Source of the DNA: Candidatus Parcubacteria bacterium
Lineage (GTDB): Bacteria; Patescibacteriota; Minisyncoccia; Phycocordibacterales; Phycocordibacteraceae
Reading direction: 5' to 3'
Assembly: GCA_034666125.1 (NCBI GenBank)
Contig: JAXDML010000010.1
Coordinates: 52,260-116,259, forward strand
DNA: 64,000 nt
In this document: positions 1-10,800 of the stretch, in pieces
Position numbering within the stretch: position 1 is the first letter of the stretch
How the letters are laid out: each line of letters opens with the position of its first letter
Program-made: the position numbers and the translations under genes
The notes under the pieces: model-generated
Told to the model about the DNA's origin: nothing
The model's database searches: none
Seen by the model: the letters and a program-made list of their open reading frames with translations, nothing else

Positions 1-325
1 GTCGTTCGCGAAGCTCATGGCGCTTGTGGGGGAGGGAACGCTTTCCTCGCGTGGCGCGAAGGATACGCTCCTCTATATGCATGAGAAGGGAGGGGATCCG
101 GAAGACGTGGCGCGCGCCGAAGGGCTTATCCAGGTGAACGATACCGAAGCGCTTCGCGAAGCGGTGCGCACGGTCATACGCGAGCACGAGGCGGTGGCTG
201 CAGAGTATCGGTCGGGGAAGGACGCCGCGCTCCAATTCCTCGTAGGGCAGTCGATGAAGGCTACCCGAGGGGCGGGGAATCCGGGAGCCATAAAAGATCT
301 CCTGATTGAAGAGCTGAGCAAGTAG
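1..325 (+). CDS. gatB: Asp/Glu-tRNA amidotransferase subunit B, C-terminal (GatB/YqeY) part; 5' end lies outside the window
   Basis: Frame 2 is open from base 2. Translation ...FAKLMALVGEGTLSSRGAKDTLLYMHEKGGDPEDVARAEGLIQVND...KATRGAGNPGAIKDLLIEELSK matches the conserved GatB C-terminal tail. Stop TAG at 323-325. Confidence 0.8.
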   Translation, partial: SFAKLMALVGEGTLSSRGAKDTLLYMHEKGGDPEDVARAEGLIQVNDTEALREAVRTVIREHEAVAAEYRSGKDAALQFLVGQSMKATRGAGNPGAIKDLLIEELSK

Positions 326-381
326 AAAAAGAGTGCAGATTCCGCTTTTGGATTACGCGAAGCGGAATCTGCACTCTTTTT
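326..381. terminator. Perfect 22-bp inverted repeat hairpin (aaaaagagtgcagattccgctt / aagcggaatctgcactcttttt), loop 12 nt; bidirectional intrinsic terminator after gatB
   Basis: Read directly: 326-347 pairs with 360-381. The A-run and T-run are built into the stem ends, so it can terminate on either strand. Confidence 0.65.
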
Positions 382-385
382 CTAC

Positions 386-1324
386 ATGTTGATATCTATT
401 CTATTCGAGACGAGAAACCCTTATACTACATGTATGGATGAACTTACTATCGGAGACAAGATCTACATCTCGTCCAAGCGTGCAGCAGCGATTACGGGCT
501 ACGCTAAAGACTATGTGGGCCAGCTATGCCGGGAAGGGCATGTAGAGGCGAAAATGGTTGGCCGAAGCTGGTACGTGCTCGAAACAAGCATACGTGAGCA
601 TCGCTTCGGAAAGACGGAGGAAAAGCTCCCTGGCGCCGCCGAACAGGACGCGGAGAACGCAAGGATCGCCGCAGCGACCGGTGCGCTTATCGATGTCACC
701 GATGCCGTTGTTTCGCATATGCCGGAAACCTGGGAAGCGTCGAGGTATCTGCCGGAAGAGGCGCCAAGGATGCCCGAGTTGGCGCCTCCTGCTCCCGTAC
801 TCGAGGCCCGTGAAACTATGCAGACATTAGATATGTCGGAAAGCCGGGAATCGCTTGCGGAAATGCAGGCCGCCTGGAAAGCATGGTTCGAGGGTGAACG
901 CGAGCCGCTTTTGGAATCTCCTGAGGTGATTGACGCCAGGGAAGAAGAAAGGGAAGAAGAAAGGGAAGAAGAGGTGATCGAAGACGAGCCGGAGCTTCCT
1001 GAGGCTTCAGAGGAAGCCGTACCGGTGATGGTCCACAGAATTCCCGAGGAACGTCCGCAGACCATCGAAAGGCCCCAAAGGGCGGCCGTTCGGCCTCAGC
1101 TTTTTCAGCAGCCTGTTGCCGCCACGCCGCCACGCCGCGCGCGTCGTCCAAAGTCACGCAAGAACAGCGGATCAGGTTCGAATCTCGTCGTCGTAGCCCT
1201 TATGGTCGCCTTTGCCGGGATAGTTATCTCAATCGGGATCATAGGCTCGGGATTCGCGGACACCTATGTGCAAAGCAACGCCATTACGAAGTTTCTCGGA
1301 GGCACGAGTTCTATAAGTAAGTAG
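386..1324 (+). CDS. Membrane-tethered HTH protein: N-terminal excisionase/MerR-like HTH (HTH_17-like), acidic EEREEEREEE repeat, Pro/Arg-rich linker, C-terminal TM anchor; probable true start ATG 434 (MDELTIGDK)
   Basis: 'ISSKRAAAITGYAKDYVGQLCREGHVEAKMVGRSWYVLETSIREH' fits the excisionase-family HTH consensus. Hydrophobic stretch LVVVALMVAFAGIVISIGIIGSGF near the C-terminus, preceded by RRARRPKSRK. N-terminus is paralogous to the N-terminus of the giant ORF at 1839. Confidence 0.6.
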   Translation: MLISILFETRNPYTTCMDELTIGDKIYISSKRAAAITGYAKDYVGQLCREGHVEAKMVGRSWYVLETSIREHRFGKTEEKLPGAAEQDAENARIAAATGALIDVTDAVVSHMPETWEASRYLPEEAPRMPELAPPAPVLEARETMQTLDMSESRESLAEMQAAWKAWFEGEREPLLESPEVIDAREEEREEEREEEVIEDEPELPEASEEAVPVMVHRIPEERPQTIERPQRAAVRPQLFQQPVAATPPRRARRPKSRKNSGSGSNLVVVALMVAFAGIVISIGIIGSGFADTYVQSNAITKFLGGTSSISK

Positions 1325-1397
1325 TTCTATATTGCATTTCTTGTCTCGGCTATACAAGAAAACGAAGGAATCATACAGATTGGTGCATTAAGTTGGA

Positions 1398-1425
1398 AAA
1401 AGCAGAAGCATTCGCTTCTGCTTTC
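1398..1425 (+). terminator. Hairpin aaaagcagaagc-attc-gcttctgctttc followed by T-rich tract; candidate terminator of the 386..1324 gene
   Basis: Inverted repeat gcagaagc/gcttctgc at 1402-1421, read directly. Confidence 0.4.
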
Positions 1426-1838
1426 CTCGTTCCACTCACCCGAAAGTGACGCTGTAAGGAGCGTAAAGGCTTCGAAGAGAATTGCAGCATGCAATAAATC
1501 GCTCCGGCCTATGAGTCACGTCACGCGGAGAAGGGCTCATTTGCTTTATCCTGCGCTGTGTGGACAAGGGTATCCAAGGCTCCGCTTTTTCAAAATCTCT
1601 ATTTGCTTCGACTTCATGAAGCGCGGGACATTTTTTGTTCGAGCCTAAACAATCCGGAACAGGTCATAGCTCGGAAGATTTTTCTCAAATTTTGATCCTC
1701 GATTGCTCCAAAAAGCTCATTTTCGAGGATTGCAACATCGACACGCAAGTGCGGCAGACTTATCCCCAAACGAGCTCAAAAATCCTTAGTCGATTGCCGT
1801 TATACCAAGCTATTATTTAGGTAAATCGGATATCCGAC

Positions 1839-4800
1839 ATGTCCTCGCTCCTTACTAACGATCTCATCTCAACGAAAGAGGCCTCGATCATTTCGGGATA
1901 CAATCCCGATTACCTCGCGCGTCTTTGTCGTGCCGGAGTGATTGCCGGAAAGAGGATCGGACGCACCTGGTGTCTCGAGCGAACGTCGCTCGACACGTTC
2001 ATTCGAACGCAACAAGCGCATAAGCAGGAGATTGCGCATACGCTTTCGGAAACGCGGAGCCGTGAATACCGCGAGGCGCATCAGGAGCCTGTCACTCCGG
2101 GAGTTCCTTCAGCAGAAAAAGCTGCTCCTGCCGCGTACGTGCCGCTCGTGCCCGCTCGAAGGAGTGTTCCGATACACCTGCGTCCCGGCTTCGCCTTCGC
2201 TCTCGCGCTCTGGGTGGTCGCTTTGAGCGGATATGCGTCGGTCTCGGACGCTTTTATAGGTACGGCACGGGATGCAGGCCGGCTTGCATACGATCTTGCG
2301 GTGGTGCGGGCCATAACGTACGACGGGCCGGCAGTATTCCTCGCCTCACGCGACGAGCCGGCGCCTAACGTGCCCGACCTGCATATTCCCGATCAGGACG
2401 TTCTTGTCGCGGAAGCCGCGCAGGTAGCGGCAAGCGATGTCACGCTTCCGGACATGGCTACGCGCCATAACGAATCGCGCAGCGCCGCAACGTTGGCGGG
2501 ATCGGTCGGCGCGTCGCGCATCGCTGCCGTATCGGCTTTCTTCCGTACGCCCGGCGCTTCGTTCGCGATGTTGCGCGATACCGGCGTCGGCGCATACGTG
2601 CGCATGGGAGCATCGATCGAGCGTTTCGCGCATGACACGCTCGTGCAGTATGCGACGACGGTTGAATCTGCCGGAGCGGATTCGCTCGAGCTCGCTTCCG
2701 CCGCGCGCGACATGGCCGCCTTCGCGCCCGCGCGCGCGGAGGCGATACGCATCGCGTACGAACGCGGCATCTATGCTTGGGTCGAAAGGACGCCGGATGT
2801 CGCACGCGGGATCACCGAGAGGACGCTCGCGCTCGGCGACGCGCTCGGGGGCGGGGCGACGCTCGCGCCAAACGTCGTCGGGAACGCGTCGCGCGATGTC
2901 GCGATCGCCGTGGCTGCGGGCATTGCCACTCCTACGCGAGGCCCTGTCGATAGCACGACGCCGACCGGGATAGCTGCTGCTTCCGACGCGCATCTCGCTG
3001 CGGGAGTCGCGGCCGCACCGGCAGCGCTCGTGCGCAGCCTGGAGCAGTCGGTCTTCTCCGCCGTGCGCGCCGCGCATATCGCGCTCACGGGAGGCGTACG
3101 CTTGCTTGCCGGTCTTTTCGACGACCTCTCCGTGGCGCTTACGTCTGCCCCCGAGAGGATCGTGACGATACTCACCCCGGCCGCATCCGGTCCAGGCGCC
3201 TATACCGCCACTACCACGAACACGACGTACGTCGACCGGTTCATCGGGGACACGACCGTCGTACGTAACTACTACCCGCAGACGTTCCTCGGGGGCGTGA
3301 GCCGGGAGGAGATAGACGCGCGGTTCACCGCCTTCGACAGCCTCATGCGCCGGAATATCGAATCTGCGCTCCGAAGACGGGGCGGAGGAGGGGGCGGCGG
3401 AGGCGGAGGCGGCAGCATTTCTCTGAATGATCCCACCTTCACGGGTACCCTCACGACGGACGACGCGGTCGTGAACAATAACCTTTCGGTAGGGAACGAT
3501 ACGACCATTGGCGGGAACCTGGATGTCGGCGGCGACGCGAATGTCACCGGCACGCTCACCGTGGGGTCCTTCAGCGTCTCGAACCTTTCGGCGAACAATA
3601 CGGTCGTGGCACCCCGCTTCATCGGCACGTCCACGAGCGAAGCGTCGGTATTCCCGAACATCATCGCGACGACGTCGGTCACGGACAACGCGACGTCCAC
3701 GAACCTGTACGCGACGAACTTCGGCATCGGGAACTCGTACTTCACGTCGCTCCTCGGCAACGGCCTCGTGAACACGGGAGGCATGCTGTCAGTATCGACC
3801 TCGTCGCTCGCGAGCGGATTCTTCCAGAACGGCGGGAACGCCTTCGGCGTCCCCGCCGTTCTCGGCACGACCGACAATCAGCCGCTCTCGCTCATCACGA
3901 ACAACACGACGGCTGCGACCATCCTCGGGAACGGCAATGTCGGCATCGGCACGACGTCGCCCTTTACCAAGCTCTCGGTCGGCGGCGATGCGTACGTCGG
4001 CGGGAACGTGACCGCGACCGGCACGGCGACCGTGCAGGGCCTTTCGATCGGATCGCTTTCCGGGTTCCTCAAGGCGACCGCCGGCACGGTGGCGACCTCG
4101 CTCGTGTCGCTCGCCTCCGACATCACGGGCACGCTTCCGGTCGGGAACGGCGGCACGGGCTCGACTTCGCTCACCGGACTCCTCGTCGGCAACGGCGCGA
4201 GCCCGGTGCAGACGGCATCGGTCACCGCGCCGCTCGTACTCACCGGCACGACGCTTTCCATAAACCAGGCGAACGCGTCGCAGGACGGTTATCTTTCTTC
4301 GACCGACTGGAACACTTTCAACAACAAGATCGCCTCGACCTCGCTTTCGGGTGGCACGGGCATCTCGTACAACCCCGCGACCGGCGTCATCACGAACACG
4401 GGCGTCACGTCGACGACAGGCGACTGGACCGGCACCTTCGACGGGCAGGAGGGAAGCTACTATCTCGCGAACTCGTTCAGTACGACCTCCGCCGCGTACT
4501 TCCTCTCGCAGAACGGCGGCTCGGCATTCTCGACCACTTCGGCCAATTACTGGCTCTCCACGAAATCCACGTCCGACCTTGCCGAGGGCTCGAACCTGTA
4601 CTACACCGACGGACGCGTAAATACGTTCATCAATGGATCTTCCACGATCCCAAAGACATACACGAATAACGTATTCACAGGCGGAAATACGTTCACGAAC
4701 GCCAGTTCCACCGATCTCTACGTAGCAAACACCTTCCGCGGCGCCGGCCTCACTGCCTGCAACACTTCGGCCAGCAAGCTTCTCTATGACGCCGTTACCG

Positions 4801-7800
4801 GCCAATTCAACTGCGGCGCGGATGCGGGAGCGGGCGGCGGTATCACTGCCATCGGTGCCCAGTACTCGCCATATCAGACAGGCTCAACCCAGACCTTCGC
4901 GACCACGAGCGACACGAACATAGGCCTCGTGATCACGTCGGCGGGCGACACCCATACCTTCACCCCGACCTTCACGGGCACGCTTGCGGTGCCCCGCGGC
5001 GGTACGGGAAGCAGCACGCTCTCCGGCATCCTTCTTGGCAATGGTGCGGGCCCCGTACAGACGCTCGGTATCGGTCCGGGACTCGCGCTTGCGGGCGGAA
5101 CGCTCTCCGTTTCCACGACTTCCTTCTCCGGTCCCGGCTCGAATTTCAATGCGGACCTCCTGGATGGCCAGGACGGGACCTACTACCTGGACCGCGCCAA
5201 CCATACCGGTACTCAAACCGCTTCGACCATCAGCGACTTCAATGCTGCAGTGAATACGTATATACACGGATCGACCACTATCCCGAAGACGTATACCGCG
5301 AACACCTTCACGGCCACGCAAACGTTCGGAAATCTCGTTGCGACGAATGCCACCACCACCTCCCTCGGCCTGAACAGCGAAACCTTCACCGACCTCACCG
5401 GTTCGGGACTTCTCAACGTCGGCGGTACTTTGACGCTGGACCGCACCGGGGACTGGACCGGCACGCTCGACGGACAGGAAGGCGCATACTACCTCGCCCG
5501 CGCGAATCACACGGGGACGCAACTCGCGTCGACCATCAGCGATTTCTCCACGACCGCCCGGGGGCTTTTCGCCGCCACCTATCCAATTCAATACGACAGC
5601 GGCACGGGCTTGTTCAACCTCGCTTTCGGCACCACTACCTCGAATACCTGGGCGGGCACGCAGACCTTCAACAACCTCGTCGCCACCAACGCGACCACGA
5701 CCAGCTTCGGCATCAACGGGGAGACCTTCACCGATCTGACGGGCTCGGGACTATCGAACGTCGGAGGGGTCCTCACGGTCTCCACATCCTCGCTCGCGAA
5801 CCTGAATGCCGATCTCCTCGATGGGCTCGACTCCACGTATTTCCTCGCGAACTCCTTCTCGACCACGTCCGCGAACCACTGGCTCACGACCAAGTCGACC
5901 ACGAACCTCGCTGAAGGATCGAACCTCTACTACACCGACGCACGGGTGAATAGCTATATACACGGCTCGACGACAATACCGAAGACCTATACGAACAATA
6001 CGTTCACTGGCACCCAGACCTTCAACAACCTCGTCGCCACGAACGCCACGACCACCTCGCTCGCCGTGGGCACGGACTACATCACCGACCTTACGGGCTC
6101 GGGCCTCACCATCACCGGAAATGCGCTCACATTGGATCGCACCGGGGACTGGACCGGTACGTTCGACGGCCAGGAAGGTACCTATTATCTAAACCGAGCG
6201 AATCACAGCGGTACGCAGCTCGCTTCCACGATCAGCGACTTCTCCGAAGCCACCGACGACCGCGTCGCCGTCCTCATACAAAACGGCACTGGCATCTCAT
6301 GGTCATACAACGACGGGGCGAACACTTTCACGCCGACGGTCACGCTCGCGCCGTTTACGACCACGAATCTCGCTGAGGGCAGCAATCTGTATTACACGGA
6401 CGGACGCGTTGCCTCGTACATCAACGCTTCCACCACCATATTGAACGACTCTACCGAAGCGGGACTTGAGACCTTCCTCACCGATGTCGCGAATGTCTTC
6501 ACCAACAACGATGGCGCGCTCTCAGACGACGACCTCAGCAATAATTCGATAGAGGATCTCTCCGACGTCGCCGCGATGACCGAGAACTATGGCGACCTCC
6601 TCGGGTGGAACGGTACGACCTGGACGGACTTCGCGACGAGTTCGCTAGGACTTATTACTTCAGCGGTCCAGAATATCGGTCCCGCCGGCCAAACTGCGGA
6701 CGGCCCCACGGTCACCTTCGCCACTACCACCTCAACCACCAACGGCATCACTTCGGCCCTCACCGTCACTGGCTCGGGAGATACCCTCACGTTCACCCCG
6801 TCGCAATCAGGAACCTTAACGGTTCCGGGCGGCGGCACCGGCGCCTCCTCCTTCACCGCCGGGAATCTCATATATGGCGCAGGCACCGGCGCGCTTCAAA
6901 GCGTCGCGACCTCCTCGGTCTCAAGCGGCACCGGCATCTCCTTCACTGGAACCCCTGGCGCGCTTGTCGGCGGAACGCCGCTCACGATCAGCAATACCGG
7001 CGTGCTCTCCTTCAACGGACGCACGGGAGCTGTTACACCGCAGTCAGGCGATTACACGACGACCATCGTGGCCGAAGGCACGAACCTTTACTACACCGAC
7101 GCACGGGTGAACAGCTACATACACGGCTCGACGACAATACCGAAGACCTATACCGCGAACACCTTCACTGCGCTTAATACATTCAGTGCGGGCGCTTCGA
7201 CTACCCAACTCACCGCTACTGGCAACGCGTATCTCGCGACGGCGGGAGGGAACGTAAGCGTCGGCGGCACTACTGCAAGCGAGAAGCTCACCGTCACCGG
7301 CAACATACTCTCGAGCAATCTTGCAGGCGTCGGCAACCGGTGCGTATACGCCGATCTCAACGGCGTCCTGCGCGTGGCGGCAGACAACTGCGGTCTCGCA
7401 GGCGCAGGCGGCGACGACCTGGGCAATCACATCGCTACGCAGAACATCCAGCTCAACAACAACTGGCTCTCGAACGACGGAGGAAGCGAAGGCGTCAGCA
7501 TAGATAACAGCGGAAACGTGACTATGTCCGGCGATGCTTCGGCGGCATCGTTCACCCGCGGCGGCGATACGATCACCGATTTCACGGGTACGGGACTTAC
7601 GGTGATAAGCGGCGCGCTCACCGTCTCGACCTCGTCGCTTGCGAACCTGAATGCCGATCTTTTGGATAGCCTTGATTCGACGTATTTCCTTGCCAATTCC
7701 TTCAGCACTACTTCCGCCAACTACTGGCTTACCACCAAGGATACCGACGATCTCGCGGAGGGAAGCACCAACCTCTACTACACCGACGGCCGCGTGAACA

Positions 7801-10800
7801 CCTTTATCGCGGGTTCCACTACCATCCCGAAGACCTACACGAACAACACATTCGGAGGCACCCAGACCTTCAACAACCTTCTCGCCACGAACGCTACGAC
7901 CACCAGCTTCGGCATCAACTCCGAGACCTTCACCGACCTCACTGGTTCAGGACTCCTCAACGTCGGCGGCACTTTGACGCTGGACCGCACGGGAAACTGG
8001 ACGGGGACGTTCGACGGGCAGGAAGGAACCTACTACCTCGCACGCGCGAATCACACGGGGACCCAACTCGCGTCGACCATTAGTGACTTCAACGATGCGG
8101 TCGCCAACTATGTCAACGCTTCCTCGACTATCCTCAACGACTCCACCGAAGCTGGCCTCGAAGCTTTCCTCACGGACGTCACGAACGTATTCACGAACAA
8201 CGACGGCGCGCTCAACGACGACGATTTGACCAACAATTCGATCGAAGACCTCTCTGATGTCGCGACCATGACCGAGAACTATGGCGATCTCTTGTACTGG
8301 AACGGTACCGCATGGGCAGACATTGCGACGAGTTCCTTGGGACTCCCAACCGCGAGCATCACGAACATCGGCCCTACCGGCCAGATGGCCGACGGTCCGA
8401 ATGTGACGCTTGCGACTTCAACGAGCGCATTCAACGGCCTCACTTCTTCGCTCACCATCACAGGAAGCGGCGATACTCTTACCTTCGTTCCGGCACTCTC
8501 CGGCACCCTCAACAACGCTGGCCTCACTAACTCCACCGTCTCGTACGGCGGCGTGACGCTTTCTCTCGGTGGAAGCGATGCAACTCCGGCCTTCGACCTG
8601 ACCGATGCGACGAACCTTCCGATCGTCGGCGGCACGACCGGTACTCTGACGGTCCCGCGCGGCGGCACGGGCCAGGTTTCGTTCACCGCCAGCAACCTTA
8701 TATATGGAGCAGGTACGGGGGCACTCCAAAGCGTCGCTACTACCACCGTCTCAGCAACCGGGCCCCTCTCCTTCACCGCGAATCCCGTCGTCATCGGCGC
8801 ATCCCCGATCACGCTCTCTCTGGGGACGGTCGATATATCGTCGAATACGAACCTCGCGGCGACGTATCCGATCGTTCTCACCGGGGATACGCTCTCCCTC
8901 GCCTTCGGCACCACCACCTCGAACACCTGGGCGGGTACCCAGACGTTCAACAACCTCGTCGCGACGAACGCCACGACAACATCCCTCGGCCTTAACGGCG
9001 AAACCTTCACCGACCTCACTGGCAGCGGCCTCTTGAACGTCGGTGGCACTTTGACGTTGGACCGCACCGGCGACTGGACGGGGACGTTCGACGGGCAGGA
9101 GGGAAGTTATTACTTAAATCGTGCCAACCATACTGGTACTCAAGCTGCTTCCACGATCAGCGACTTCTCCGAAGCCACCGACGACCGTGTCGCCGTCCTC
9201 ATACAAAACGGTACTGGTATCAGCTGGTCATACAACGATGGCGCGAACACCTTCACGCCGACCGTGACCCTCGCACCGTTCACTACCACGAACCTCGCGG
9301 AAGGCACGAATCTCTACTACACCGATGCACGGGTGAATTCCTTCGTGCACTCTTCGACCACCATCCCGAAAACCTACACTGCGAACACCTTTACGGGAGC
9401 ACAGACGTTTAACGGCGGACTCACCCTCGGAACCTTGAACGGCCCGCTGCAAGCGAACAACGGAATTGTCTCTGCCACAACCAGCATTGGCGTTCTGTAT
9501 GGAGGAACCGGCCTCACTATCGCGCCGACGTACGGACAGCTTTTGGTAGGGAATTCAAGCGGAGGGTACACCCTTACCTCAACCTCTTCACTCGGGCTTA
9601 TCACCCAGGCAGTCCAAAACATCGGCCCGGCAGGGCAGATGGCCGACGGGCCGAACGTCACGTTCGCTACTTCGACTGCGTCCTTTAACGGCCTTACCCA
9701 GGGCATAACCATCACCGGAAGCGGTGACACCATCACGTTCACGCCATCCCTGTCGGGTACTCTCGGTGTCGGCGGGGGAGGCACCGGCGCTGCCTCCTTT
9801 GCGTACGGTCTCGTGCTTTCTCCGGGAGGCACCGGAGCCCTCACCAATATAGCGACTTCCTCCCTCGGCCTCCTCACAACGAACGTCGCCGAAGGAAGCA
9901 ATCTGTACTTCACCGATGAACGCGTCGACGACCGCGTCGCCGTCCTCATACAAAACGGTACGGGCATCTCCTGGAGCTACAACGACGGTGCCAACGCCTT
10001 TACGCCGACCGTGACCTTGGCGCCCTTTACGACGACCAATCTCGCAGAAGGCAGCAATCTGTATTATACGGATGCACGTGTCGCCTCATATATAAACGCC
10101 TCCACCACCATACTCAACGACTCCACAGAAGCTGGTCTTGAAGCCTTCCTCACGGACGTCACGAACGTGTTCACCAACAACGACGGTACCTTAGCCGATG
10201 ACGATCTCACCAACAACAGCATCGAAGACTTGAGTGACGTCGCGGCAATGACCGAGAACTATGGCGATCTCCTCTATTGGAACGGCAGTGCGTGGGCGGA
10301 TATCGCCACTTCCTCGCTCGGACTCCTCTCCACAGCCGTCACTAACATCGGTCCTGCGGGCCAGATGGCGGACGGCCCCACAGTCACCTTCGCCACCACC
10401 ACCTCGACCACCAACGGCATCACCTCGGCGCTCACCATCACGGGTTCGGGAGATACCCTCACCTTTACTCCGTCGCAGTCGGGAACTCTCACTGTTCCTG
10501 GAGGCGGCACGGGAGCCACCTCCTTCACCGCCGGGAACCTCGTCTATGGCACGGGAACCGGCGCACTTCAGAGCGTGGCGACGACGACTCTCTCGGGAAA
10601 TTCCCAGATCGCGCTCTCTCAGCCAGTGGTCGTGATCGGCGCGTCACCTTCTGTCCTCTCTATCACCGCCGACTCCATCGGAGACGCGCAGCTCGCCTTC
10701 AACACCGGGCAGAACCTGACGACCGCGTCGAGCCCGACGTTCGCGAGCCTTACGCTCACGAATCCGCTCGCGGTAACCTCAGGCGGTACCGGGTGGGCGG

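Noticed and set aside
1793-1825. Sigma-70-like promoter hexamers upstream of the giant gene (TTGCCG ... TTAGGT)
   Set aside because: Poor match to the -10 consensus, and promoter architecture in this lineage is unknown. Mentioned only as an AT-rich leader.
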